In this document: positions 49,833-64,000 of the stretch, one piece after another | How the letters are laid out: each line of letters begins with the position of its first letter | Numbering within the stretch: the stretch's first letter is position 1 | NCBI GenBank assembly: GCA_030704615.1 | Contig: CM060732.1 | Coordinates: 53,010,001 to 53,074,000 of the forward strand | Length of the DNA: 64,000 nt | Direction of reading: 5' to 3' | Source of the DNA: Takakia lepidozioides | Taxonomy: Eukaryota; Plantae; Bryophyta | Notes under the pieces: model-generated | Told to the model about the DNA's origin: nothing | The model's input: the letters and a program-made list of their open reading frames with translations, nothing else | Databases searched by the model: none | Position numbers and translations under genes: made by a program

Positions 49833-52800
49833 TGCAATGTCTACTTGAGCCGAGATTGCAGGACGACCAGGCTATTAAAATATTACAATTGTTTTTTGTT
49901 TTTTGTTTTAATTTTTTGGTTTATTACATTGTTGAATAATGCAGAATTAAGGTTTGTATGTAGTGTATGGTATTTAATGAAGGAAAGCTGCTTTATAGAA
50001 CCAGTGAATATCGTTGAAGATAACTGTATGCCTAGACCTGTTGCAAATAACATGTGAATTTCATGTGCCAGCCTCTCTGGCAGTTTAGCAGTGAATGCCT
50101 GTGTACCTAATTATTTTGTCATGATGCAGGTTTTCTCCAGTTGCATCTAAGGGACCAAGTAATGATGGAGAACATGAAAACGGAACTGGAGTTGTAAGCA
50201 CTGCAACATAGGAGATAAGCTTGTGTTGGTGGCAATCTGTAGGAAGGAGCAGTCACTTGGGAGTTGGCAGCTGTATTGACAAGTTGCAGAGTGATTATCC
50301 TCCAGTGGTTCTTTACAACACAGTGCATGTACAGTAGTTAGGTGTCCTCGAGAAGTTGCTCATCCTGCGTGCTGCCAGGTGTTGTGCATTAGCTTTTCTC
50401 AAATTACGTCGTTCAATCAAAGAGTAAAGCAGTTTTAGGAATTGTCGCACATGAGATTATATGGTCTAGACGATGCCTAACGAGGGCATAGGCAAGGCAG
50501 AAGCAAGCCACAAATGCAAAAAATGTGATGCAGATAGCCTCTACATGAAGGTTGGTAAATGCTCACAAATGCTCAGGAAAGGAAGGTAGACCCTCTGGAC
50601 AGGGCAGTGCCCTCTTAGTAAAGGTCCTACGGGTTTTAAGCTGTACAGCACAGAGTGTTTTTGCCCCTTGCAATAGCCACTGGAGGATATGATTGTTTTC
50701 AGACCATTCTGGTTGACTTAGTCTCCTTTGGACTTCCATCTGATTATGTCTAGGAATCGTCCCATCTTATTTGCAGGTGCTGGAGATTTTGGTTTGGCTC
50801 TCTACCTACTGTGAGTTGTGCACACAATCCTATACCATTTAAAAGTAGTGCTAGAGCCCAATGAGTAGCTGTACTTGGACTCATACAGATTCTGACTCCG
50901 ATCCCAATGAGCATTTGCTTATCTGTGTTGCCCCCTCTATCATTTGACATTTTGTCTGTGGAATACAGTGGGAGTGTGGTCGCGATCACATTACAGTAGC
51001 TGTACAGCCCCGCCTTGCAATGGAGCTCAAGTAAATGTGGAACCAGGAGTACTTGAGCTCGTTTTTGTCTAGGAGCCATATCTCTATATCTGCAAATTCA
51101 ACTTTCCCTTGTTCTATCACAGTTAAATGCACTTACAACATATCATCCTCTCATCTTTGTGAGACGGAGACAGAGTACACAGTATCTCTGCGAATTTTGG
51201 ATGGAAAATGTGCAGACTACATTCACAGACCATAATCATGCGTGAAGTTTTGGAATATAGAATATAGAATTTCCTTCCCTGCCTGATCAATGTAATTAGG
51301 AAACACTCCAGGAGTGTTTTGGAAAGTCTGCGCTTTTGCTTCTGTTGAATTTTTATTTCTCATTTTAGAGAAAGTTATAGTTAGAGTACGTGTTCAAGAG
51401 TATCCACAAACAAGACCAGACTCTTATTCTGTTGTTAATGACTCTAATGTATAAATTACAATTTAGATAAATAGAAGTTTTTGCTTTTCAATTTCCAATA
51501 TATGCGTAAGTGCTACATTTGAAAGTGTTTTATTTCACATCTCTTCTGTGTGGCTAGTGTAACATCCCAGAGCTGTAAGAGAGCGTGGAGTTATGTGGCC
51601 ATGACATCCACATATTTCTGCCCTATTTTGCATCACTATATGATGATGATGATAATAATAAACGTTTTTGGGTTTTTTTTAAAAACAGGGCAGAAATATC
51701 CACACTCTCTCCCAGCTCCGGGGCCTTTTGGGATGTTGCATTAGCCACATAGAAAGAAGGATAAATATATAAATGTATCCATTTATAAATATATATAAAT
51801 GTGTACATATACATATATATCTATAACATTTATGACGGAGAACACTATCAATAATGTAATAGTTCAATGCACACTTGATAAGACGGTAGGGAGGTTGTGA
51901 AGATGCATCTTGTGCATGGATGAGGTTTTGCCCTTCCTCACAAGGGCCAACTTGACGTAGAAGAACAGTATTTCATAATGTCACAAATGTCCAGCATACA
52001 AGAGAGACAACACATCCACAAAGCTCTACTAGAGCCACAAGTACACTAGGCTATACATATATGCAAGGTGAGAGTGACCATATACCCCAAACCCCATGTT
52101 GAGATGAGCCACCACCTAGCAACATCATACAGGTCAATCAAATTCCCTTGCATCTTGGCCATTGAAGCTTAAAAGGCTGGGATGAAGCCAGCTTCACCAA
52201 GGGTTAGCTGTACATACTTTGTGACAAGCCAGGTATAACGGCCTAATGCCGTCTTCTACTAAATGCTAGGGATGAATCCTGACAGGTACATAATGATAAA
52301 GCAGATTCTAAAGCTGGGGGATTATGGCGCATCATATATGTGAAGACATGGTCTTTGAAAACTTGAGCTCATCCAAGGTAAAATATAAGGAAGTTATTCC
52401 GCCATGGTGTCCATTCGGCAATCGAGACTAGACGAGTTTAGACTTGTCTCTGTCTTTTTCACCTCTCGTGCGTAGGAAAAACCCAGTGGGACAAAACCCA
52501 TGAGGAGGAAAACCTTACGCAATGAACAAGTAACTGGAACTACAATAACTAGAGAAGGATTGTGAATTATTAGGAAGACTAGAGGCTCGGAAATTCACTC
52601 AAGCTACACTTAAATTCCAAAAGAATTCAGACGACCTACTCTTTCTAAACCTAAAATACAGCCTCAAAGATCAGATTGCTCTATTACATACGACCCCTGC
52701 GGAGTAAGCTCCACCATCTTGCCTTCCACATTAATACAAGTCAAGTCAAAAGATCAATTCTGAATGGATCAAATCTGTAAGTGCCACTGGCTCCTCGTGA

Positions 52801-52939
52801 GTCTTACTATTACGCCCATGTAGCAATCGTCCCCGGATCATCATCTTGTACAACAAATTGGGGTCGTCGATCTTCAATTTGGACTTGCATACATGTTTGC
52901 CTGCATGCTGAAGACGTAGGCACACGGTCTGACCCACCT

Positions 52940-54560
52940 AAAACTTATCTGTGTAGTTAACACGCTTGTTTAAATTCTTAGCCTGCTCCTCTTGAGCCAA
53001 GACAATGTTAGCTTTAGCCTTTGTCACTGAGACAATGTGACGTGTATGCAACCTATCAAAACAAGTAGACAAATCCATAGGTTCAGACACAATAGAAATC
53101 AGCATAAAAGCATGAAAGGAGATACACAAGATCGTCTGTTCAAATGGTGTCTTCCTTGTGCTAGCATGAACATCAGTGCAATAAACAAAACCAGAAAAGG
53201 AAGGAAGATGTCTCATTCCCTTGTGAGCTTACCATTCTTCTCCAACATTTGGCACAAGGTTTGATTGAAATGCTCGGTCAAACCATTGGTTTTAGGGTGA
53301 TATGGGTCGTGGTAACATGTTTGATGCCAAAGTTGAAGCATATCATGGTCAAGAGTTGATTGCATAATTCTTTGCCTTGGTCAATAAGTATCTCAATAGA
53401 ACAACCATGCCTAAAACCATCTCATCAAAGAAGAATTGGGCAACCGAGTCAGAATGCTTGGTGATCAAGGACAGACTTCTACCCACTTGATCACGTAGTC
53501 TGTAGCTACACAAAGATAGCTATGTCCTTTTGACGTGAGTGCAAGTGGTCCCACCAAGTTTAAACGAACACGGCAAAGCAACTCATAAATGACCTCCACC
53601 TGCGCAAGGTTAGAGCGACATGCCTTATACTTGGAGACATAGGCTGTCACATCACGTTGAATTCCCTTCCAATAATACACTTCTTGAATGCGTGCAATGG
53701 TCTCATTGATCCCAAGATGCCCCGCATATGAAGAAGAGTGAAAGCGTTCTAACAAAGTGTCCAACTGGCTCTGTTGTGGTACCTCCATGTGGTAAGGACT
53801 TAATCCATTCATGGTACACTCGAGTCCTTTCCTGGTACACTCCTTGAAGAGATGCCCATTCATGCAACAGTGAGTGTCAATGTTATAAAGCACTTACTTT
53901 CTCAAATTCCCCTGAGAAAGTCCTGCAGGTGAATGTCCATTCAAACATCGATGGATAGAGCGCTGCATGTAGGTGATCATCCATGATAGCACTGCACATT
54001 ACCGAGATTCAATGAGTTTTAGCAAAGGTGAAATGGAGTGCCTGCTTCATGTTATCTCTAGCCCACTAAGTCCTTACCTCATTTGAAACGGCTCATGGGA
54101 AGGCTAATCAGGCCTTGAAGTTCCGCCAAAATCCACACCGGAGTACAACAGTAGATACACCAAACCAGATCCAAGGCTGAAAAGGAAAAGCAAGAACAAG
54201 GAAGGAAACAACAGCCCCTCCTAAGGCTTTATATAAGAGGTCCATTGCTCATACTAGTACCAAGCAACTCAACCATTATCATCCAAAAGGCTAGACCATC
54301 CCATATAATCTCCAAATTGGTGGGATCAAGCAAAAGGGGTGTTGGTCGGCACATAAAAGGTTCACAATAAGGTCTGATTCTTTGGGACATTCCACATCAA
54401 GAGTAGCCGAGTCTTCCAAGGCTGGCTCACATGTGGCTCAACTCGAGTAAAAGCATTAACATTAGAGTTTTCATTGCCTTTCTTGTAGACAATGTTAAGG
54501 TCAAAAACTCTAATGGTCTTTCTTGTAGATAATGTTAAGGTCAAATTCCTGCAACAAGAT
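52940..54560 (-). mobile_element. Degenerate Ty3/Gypsy pol relic (RNase H end and integrase)
   Basis: DLNIVYKKGNENSNVNAFTR (RNase H terminal motif) at about 54450-54505. Integrase zinc-binding region FHSSSYAGHLGINETIARIQEVYYWKGIQRDVTAYVSKYKAC, then LVGPL...GHSYLCVATDYVIKWVE, and core fragments further downstream. Many disruptions; LTRs not identified. Confidence 0.85.
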
Positions 54561-56020
54561 TACCCAATGTGTCAATCTACATGCAACTCACGAGGATGAA
54601 GCCAGGCTTTGAGGGGAAGATGATCAGTCTCCACTACGAATTTGGAGATCCGCTTCAGGGACTCAAACTTTTTTTGGAGATGCAAAATCTTTATCATGTT
54701 TTATTCTATATTACTGGCACTGGGGCAAATAGGGGTGGAGATTTCACTGCAGGCCCTGCCATGGGCATCTTGTAGGATAGGCCCCACATTCATCTCCCAT
54801 CCTACCGTCCCTGGACAACCATTTAGGCAATAATTAATTCAAAATGAAAGTGCCTAACTCATCCCGGGATTTTTTCAGATTTTGGCCTAATTGTTCGGAA
54901 ACTATGGGACCAAAGTGCCTAATGCCTAAAAATTGTAGCAAAAAACTTTCAAGCCTCTTCTCATGTTGTTTGTAATAAGATGAAAATTTCATTGAACAAA
55001 AATCAATACAAATATATGCATGCGGACTAGTGACTTAGTGAGCACTGGACGAGCTTGAGCCTTGGAGCACCGCCTACAACAAAGAGGGGCATTTTTAGGG
55101 TTTCAAAGGAAATGAAGGGTATACCTGGAGCTTGGAAGGGCCCATGGGCATTGGATTTCTATTTTGTAATTTTATTCTTAAGAAAATAAATGTTTTCTCT
55201 TCTCTGAATTCCCAATGTCAGAAATGTGCCTAAGCAATCTGTTTGGTTTAAATAATTATTAGGCGCAAAAATGCCCAAACGGTTGTCCAGGGCCGGTATT
55301 TCTCCTTCTCCATCCAAAGTGACACAAATTGGAGTGACACACAACGCTGCTGACATAACCAGAATAACACCAGTAATTAGAGTTTACCATTGGATGTCAA
55401 CCAACCGCATTACGAAGGGGTTTCTAGGCAGTTAATGTGGGTACTTGCAGACTTTCCTGTCCTTGGGAGAGGAGTCCACATTCCAAGCAGAAGGCTACTG
55501 GCCCTTCGGGGTGAGTGATACCAGAAGTTTCGCTTGCCACTACAAGAGTCTTCCTTTGGCAAGTGTCTACCTTCCTAGTAGTTGGAGTGACATTGGAGCA
55601 ACATGGAAAGGAAAGAAAAACTAATAGTAACATCAGTGTGAAGTATCTCAAAGGAAAAGAGAAAACAATTGAAAACCTGTGAAATGCTCAGACAACATGA
55701 TGCCAAATCTATCTTAATTTGTCAAGACCCAAGGATAAATATAGATACAGCATAACATTGACATTGAGGTATCTAGTACCTCTTTAAAATGTAACACCCT
55801 GAGGAAGTCCCACATTTAATGTCTTGACAGTGCATGTGCAACAGACATACTTCCAAGTCAACTACAACCAGGACCATGAGCATTCTATACTACCCCAACC
55901 CAAGCTGTCACATCCATTGGAATTGCCGGGTTGGCAATCTCATGATAGTGCCTAAACCATTGCATCAAACTGAATTGACAAGGAAATAAATTTGATGAGA
56001 ATTTTAAGTCAATTATCTTC

Positions 56021-57831
<1,811 letters not shown>

Positions 57832-58310
57832 CTAGGTACTCAATCTGCCACAAAGAAGAGCACGTAGAGACTAGAGACGACGAGGAAGGATGTCTGCGCA
57901 CCAGACGGGAAAACTGCGCGGCCGTTCTAGACCGTGCGTATAACCGCGCGTCGCGCGCGGTAGGCCCCAACCCTGTAGAGCTGCACGCGTCGCGCTGTTT
58001 CTTTTGAATTATGAAGGATGTCAGGATTTGAGCGTGATGAAATGTTTTGGATGTAGATAGATAGATACCTGAATGGAGGTAATTCTAAACGAGGTCCGGT
58101 CATGAAGAAGCTTGCATGCTATGAGCTTGGCCCACAGCCCTAACAGCTCTGGTGTGCGTGGTGCATGAGGTCGTGTAGCTGCCATGCCGATCGTCGTGTG
58201 CAGCGTGTTTGTATGTGCTGCTTTTTCTTCCCTGCTCAATCCAAGTTCGTGCTCATGAAATGTGTGAGGTCTCAAGAGAGGTCTGTCTTTTTGTCTAGTA
58301 GGAAGTGGGC

Positions 58311-61043
58311 ATGGCAACAAGAAATTTCGCCAGTGGTGTGCATTTCACTTTGTCACAGTTCTCGAGTGTTGCTTTGGGAAGAGGGAGTGACAGATTCTCC
58401 CTTGCTTTGTCTTCTCAGCAAGTCCACCCTGGTTCGCTCTGCTTGGCAGTGTCAGCTGGAAGTTTATCTTTATTCACGTCAGCTGAATCAAGCTCTTTGT
58501 TGGGCATTGAAGCATTTGTCTGCAGCCGTTTGTTAGGAGGATCTGGTAGTTTTGGAGAGGAGAATAATCGGTTACTTACGGGAAGGTCTAAATTTAGTGA
58601 TGCAGCGACATCGAATTCCGCAGGCGGCCTTTTTGGCAGTTGTTATGGTTTATCTCCATGGGGTATTGAGGCTACGAGAGACTGCTCTGATTTTCAGCCA
58701 GGAACATCTGACGGGGATATAGCCATCAATAGCCCTTCATCTGAGAAGGAGATTGACGCAACAATCCACCTCAAGCTCCCGGCATACCTCGCCACTACGG
58801 CGGAAAGAAATATGAATTTTGCAGAGCAGGTAACGGAGATAAGGAGAGAAGCAGGGGACGATTTGACAAGCGATGAAGAAGTAGAGGAGGGAATGTGGAG
58901 TGTGGTTATCCCTACGTACAATCGTCTTCCTATCCTAACGAAATGCTTACAAGCGTTGGAAGAGCAGATGGCTTATGGTCCGAGTGGAATCAAGCGTTAT
59001 GAGGTGGTGGTTGTTGATGATGGGTCTACTGACGGCACTGTGGAATTTTTGCAACCTGTTCTTGGATCTCCTATGGGTGGCGACATAGTTGGTCAGCACG
59101 CGATTGGCGAAGATAATACACCTGTGCAACAAAGTCTGCGATATCCTCATGTTAAAGTACTAAGGCAACAGCACGCAGGTCAGTGGTGATATATGAACTG
59201 GGATGTCATTCTGATTAGACATTTTGCAAGTTGCAATCGCACACTTCTGTGACGCATAATTAACCGAGGCCAACATTTAACTGGTGCTAGTACAATCTGA
59301 GCAACTAAAAAGATTTTGTAGTACATTTTCTAATGCAAATGCTGCAAGGAATTCGCAGACCCTATTTTACTAAAAGTATTTAACGCCTATTGATCATAGC
59401 ATATGTGCTATGTTCCTGTGTGAACCATTGGGTTAGATCTTACTCTCAGCAACCAGTACACATCGGTGCAGGTGCGACAAAGGCAAGAAACTTGGGATTG
59501 AAGTATGCAAGGGGGGCCATTATTGTGTTTATAGACTCAGATCTTGTCGTAACCAGAGACTTTTTGAGAGCACACAGCAATGCCCTGCAGGAGGCGTGGT
59601 CTGAAGATGGCGATAAGCGGGCCTTCACATATGGCCGTGTTGTCAATACATCCAACTTTAAGGATCCGCATTTAGAGAAATTCAAACTTACGGTACTCTG
59701 TCTTTCACCTCTCTTATCCCCGTTCACCCTCCTCTTTTTATGGGTAGTAATGTTACTCTCTCTAAGATCCTATACATTCAATGCAAGGCATTAGGAACCT
59801 TGGGGATAGCTAGAGACCGTGTTTGCAGGCTTGATTATTTACTACAGAAAAAGTGACAAATGCCTGCCAGAATTGTGTGCCGGCTTTCATTTGGGTTCAC
59901 TTCCATACTGAGACAAAGTTTCAAGTTTTACTTTCAGATCTTCTGTTTGCTAGTGGCCTGCAGGACTATTCAGCTGCATTTTTTGCCACAGGGAATGTTG
60001 CAATCTCTCGTCACCTTCTGTTTGATGCTAGTAAATTGCTACAAAGCAGTGCTGAGGGTCCATTCGACGCAGATTTCAGTGAATATGGCTGGGAGGACCT
60101 TGAGCTTGGGGGTAAGTTATTCCTTGATGGGGTTACTCCTCCTTGGCAGAGGCCCTCTTTTGTCAAAAAGACTGCTTAGCATTTTCTTTCTACTGCTGAA
60201 ATATTAACATGTTATCTTACATTTGCCTCCCACTGTACTCAAAAGATCTGGGCAAACTTAATTGATGCTTTTAATGCTCCTACAGTGTTGCAGACTTAGG
60301 GTGTGAGACACAATAATTGATGTTATTGAGGACATGTATTTGTTCTTGGCGATTATGTCTGAACTCGAGAGTGATTTTTGCAGTGCGTTTGAGGCAGATT
60401 GGGGCAAGGATTAAGCATACCCCCTCTGCAGTGGGTTATCATTGGCATCCTGCCTTCTCGATTGCTCAAATACCAAAGCTTATTGACCAGGTCTCTATTT
60501 CCACCTCTCCTTGTTCTTTAAGAGCTGGATTTCAATGTTGGTTCCTTGTTTGTACAGCTTCGATTGCAGTGATGTACTCGAGGCTTTGAAAGCAAGCAAT
60601 CGTTTAGAAAGCTCAAGTTTTTAGCCATTGTCAGTCCGTTGAGTAGACACATAAGGATTGAAGGTGCTTCCAGACACTCTCCAGTTCTTCCCTTCACATG
60701 TACCTGGTTCTATGCACCATCTCAGCACCATAAATTGTTGATCAATACTCTGGCTTCTCTCCTTTTCCAGGAGAGACAGAGAGGCCGAAATGGTGTTCGC
60801 TTTTATCGCAAGCATCCCAGACTCAATGTGCGCCTCATGATTCAAATGACCCCATTCCATGAAGGTTTGTGGTCTCTTCTTACTCTTTGGGGCATGGTCA
60901 ATGAAAGAACACTGGAGCCAGTTCTCCGCTCTCTGGTAGCGGTTGGAAGGCCAGGACTTGCAGCAGCCTTGCTTTCACCAATTCTAAACTGGCACACTGT
61001 GCAAGCTGTAAAAGAAGAAGCAAAGAAACTGAAGGAGTGCTAA
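58311..61043 (+). CDS. Glycosyltransferase family 2 protein, cyanobacterial type, with a probable plastid transit peptide
   Basis: Approximate exons 58311-59178, 59472-59692, 59963-60111, 60383-60490 and 60771-61043. Ser/Ala-rich N-terminus, then WSVVIPTYNRLPILTKCLQALE, VVVVDDGSTDGT, ARNLG...IVFIDSD, FATGNVAI, YGWEDLELG, VGYHWHPAF and FYRKHP. Confidence 0.9.
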
Positions 61044-62406
61044 AGCATGTGTATTGAGGACATAAATCTAAAAGGATTCACAATGAAGCTGTTTTTACAG
61101 GCAACTAACCAGAGAACCTGGGTGAATTTTGTCATTGTCGGGTTTATGGTTTGAAATTAAGACCAAAAACCTGTGAGGTTTTGTAGCCATATTCATATTT
61201 CACGGAACATAAGGAGGCTTGTAGTGCTCATTGTGGGAAGAACGCGTTGTAAGCATTGCACACTGGCTCGCTAAGGTGCATTGCAAATAATGTTTACATT
61301 GTTACTGACCACACCACTTCCAAGTTCAAGTTCCATCCAGACTTCACCAGATCAATTTCTTGTAACTTCCATCCTAAAGTTGTCTAATTAGTGAATTCCA
61401 TACTGTGTTCTGGTTCTATTTTATGCCCTATGAGCTAGTGGGTTGTATCTCAAACTTACAACCATGTAGGCGCCACACCCTTTGAACAGCCTCTGGAATG
61501 AAAGATGCCCCTTCCATTGAGATTCAAAGAGATCTATACATTTGTAATCCCAATATTGTGATCTATCAAGAATGTAGAACACTTGATCCAATGAATAAAT
61601 TGCTAGCAACAGAAGCTAAAATTGTTCAATTTCTAGCAATGGCGATATAATCACAGTTGCTTAAAATGACTAGAAGTTGAAAACATGAGCAGCAAAAAAG
61701 TAGACCCAACCTGATTGTCTTAACATAAACCCTGAAGGCCTACAGCTTTTCCACCCTTGACTGCACCCCTGGCCACCTTTTTATTCATTACTAAAACTGT
61801 GCCAAACAATTCAATGTCCAAATGTGTTCCTAACTATATCCTTTACCTCCATCTCAAATTTCATGATTTTTGTCAATAAGAATTATAACCAACTTGTGAG
61901 CATGAAACGTTATGTAAAATAGAAAAAGAAAATGTACAAATCTTATCGGAATTCTTAAGTGTCTGATCCAATTGAGTCCAATTTTTGGGACCCTCAAAAG
62001 CATTTGGGGGACACCCGGAGGGAAGCCACATGTTCTTGCTTTTGGCGAACATCCACTTCCACACATTGCACTGCTGGGTCCAATACAATGAAGAGTTATT
62101 CAATCTAGGGAAAAACAAAGTCGTTAAATCACAATGGTCAAACCTAACCAACAGGCAAGAGCCAAGGAGCTAAGAGAGTAGAGAGGTTGAATCCCCAGCT
62201 TTCCACAAGAATATACCACGGGATGTTGGCCAGCTTCTCTTGTGGTTTTCATATTTTTTAAACAAATTTTGGGTACATATTCACTCCAATCTCATACAAA
62301 ATCGATCATAAATGGCATATTGCGTCGTAATGGAATACAAAATAGTGCATTGGAGATGTAATTTCATGATTTCGAGCAGAAAATTCAGCCTTGAATAATG
62401 GATACA

Positions 62407-62667
62407 GGGCCACTATACACTACGGACCAAGACCAAGACCAAGCGGAAATGGAACATCTTATTGGTCAAGGGCCAAAAATTGGTCCGAAGGGCTTTACAC
62501 TAGGGACCAAGCCCAAAAGACCAAAGCCGGCCAATATGCTTACATGGCACCTACTTTTGGCACGAACTCTTTGCCCCCAGACCAAGACGTTGGACCAAGA
62601 CCAGCCCAAGAGTGGCACTTCTTGGTCCCACCATTTCTTGGTCTTGGTCCGTAGTGTAAAGTGGCCC
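62407..62667. mobile_element. MITE, PIF/Harbinger (Tourist)-like
   Basis: TIRs of about 30 bp: GGGCCACTATACACTACGGACCAAGACCAAGA ... TCTTGGTCTTGGTCCGTAGTGTAAAGTGGCCC, with one mismatch. Internal GACCAA repeats, 261 bp, non-coding. TSD is not clean. Confidence 0.88.
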
Positions 62668-63082
62668 TGACATAACAACCGGCTACTCGCGTATGGCTCC
62701 TCATTGTGAATAGTGAAATCTACATTCATCCAATAAGCTTGAGAATTCATCAATTTATTCCTCATAAATTATTAAATAATAACGATGTTACCTAAGGTAG
62801 GTTCTACGTGGAGGCACATGAAGTCCTTTTCAGCAAAGGAGAGGAGGTGATAGCACAACAGGGGCTTAGCGATTTTTGACAGCGATGCGTCTCCTCTTTA
62901 GGATAAAGAGAAGCCAGCAAATTCTATGAAATATTTCTCTATCCCTTCCGTTAACCTAAACAAAAAACAAAACAAAAAAATTTGATTTTAAGATTTGCAA
63001 GGTGGCTTTTGAACTTCTGGATATTTGCACTAATTTATTAGTGCAACTACCTACCACCAATCATCCATAAATTTCAATTATA

Positions 63083-63726
63083 CTAGGGTAGCTTGTGCCA
63101 TTGGCCCAAGTGTCCACTATCATCTAAGCCCAAGTGCAATCCCCTAGGGCATCTCCCATGTGCATTTCCCATGTCAAGGCCCGATTAATTTTTTTCCATG
63201 CAATTATTGAGTAGTAATATATCCTATCATTATTGATATATCTCCCGTCTCTAGGGTAGCCTCCGTTGGCCGAAGTGTCCAATGTCATCTAATTTCCACA
63301 TAGCCTAAGACCAGATTTGATATATCTCCAATGTGCGTCTCCTATGTCGAGGCCCAAGTGCGACCTCTACAGTAGCCTCTGCCGTTGGCTCAAGGGTCCA
63401 ATGTTGTCCAAGTCCAAATGCATTTTCTTTCCACAGAGCCTACGACCAGATTTGAACCGCAGACCTTTCCCTTGATATCTATCCTCTCGAGGCTCCAACC
63501 ATTGTCCCAGGAATTCCACTTTGCTATTCTTCGGGAATTTCCAGCGACCCAAAGTACTTGAAATTCCACATCTCCCACACCGCAGTTCCAAAAATCATGA
63601 GACCAAGCCCGTGCACCCCTCCTCGTCGAGGGCTTTCCAATGGCACCAAGCACCAGGGCTGGGGCCTCGCGGTTGGGGACATCTCAAATCTACAAAACAA
63701 AACAAATGTCTCGCTTCATATATTGA
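63083..63726 (-). mobile_element. Non-autonomous Helitron (copy 2)
   Basis: Same family as 11983-12450. The minus strand begins TCAATATATGAAGCGAGAC and ends with the hairpin CTTGGGCCAATGGCACAAG followed by CTACCCTAG|T. Confidence 0.78.
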
Positions 63727-64000
63727 CTAGGGCTTCGCGTTGCTCCGCACTACTAGCGACGACTTCTGAGAACTATGTTCAAGTTTCACAAAAAGGGGTG
63801 GGTCATCTGCATGGTCTTAAATACATACATCCCGTACACCATCAATCCATGGGCCACTAGGTATGGCGGAAAGGTTGAAATGGATTGATTTAATAAATAG
63901 TGGCACGCAATGAACTGTTAATTTGTTGATAGGGTCTATTCAAGTGATGGACTGCGTTGTGTTCTAATACATGAAGCAGTTTTTGATTGTGAATGTTGCT

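Noticed and set aside
53990-54366. Non-coding insert between the Gypsy RNase H and integrase fragments, possibly a solo LTR
   Set aside because: No matching TG...CA ends with a TSD were found.

Overview
Eukaryotic, intron-rich land-plant genomic DNA. Gene content and style suggest a non-seed plant such as a bryophyte; this is inference, not established. Five host genes are supportable: an IMK2/IMK3-type LRR-III receptor-like kinase (minus strand, runs off the left edge), a DUF688-type gene, PRT6 (UBR1-type N-degron E3 ligase), an ARF1/ARFA GTPase, and a cyanobacterial-type, probably plastid-targeted GT2 glycosyltransferase lying head-to-head with ARF. Between about 9 and 35 kb is a transposon-rich block. 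It holds a non-autonomous Helitron (a second copy is at 63 kb), a non-autonomous CACTA element, a decayed FCP1/NIF-phosphatase fragment, and a two-gene PIF/Harbinger element (DDE transposase plus Myb/SANT gene). The Harbinger transposase is split by two nested insertions. One is a 5'-truncated LINE with an internal inversion. The other is the most interesting feature: a 5.15-kb DNA-transposon-like element with an 8-9-bp target-site duplication, G-rich ends and mirrored subterminal motif arrays. It has no recognisable transposase but carries a spliced, now pseudogenised, gene ending in a prokaryote-type beta-class amino (N6A/N4C) DNA methyltransferase domain, with an array of five 22-bp palindromes in one intron. 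A Gypsy pol relic and a Harbinger/Tourist-like MITE lie in the right half. Exon coordinates were read by eye and protein assignments rest on motif recognition, not database searches.
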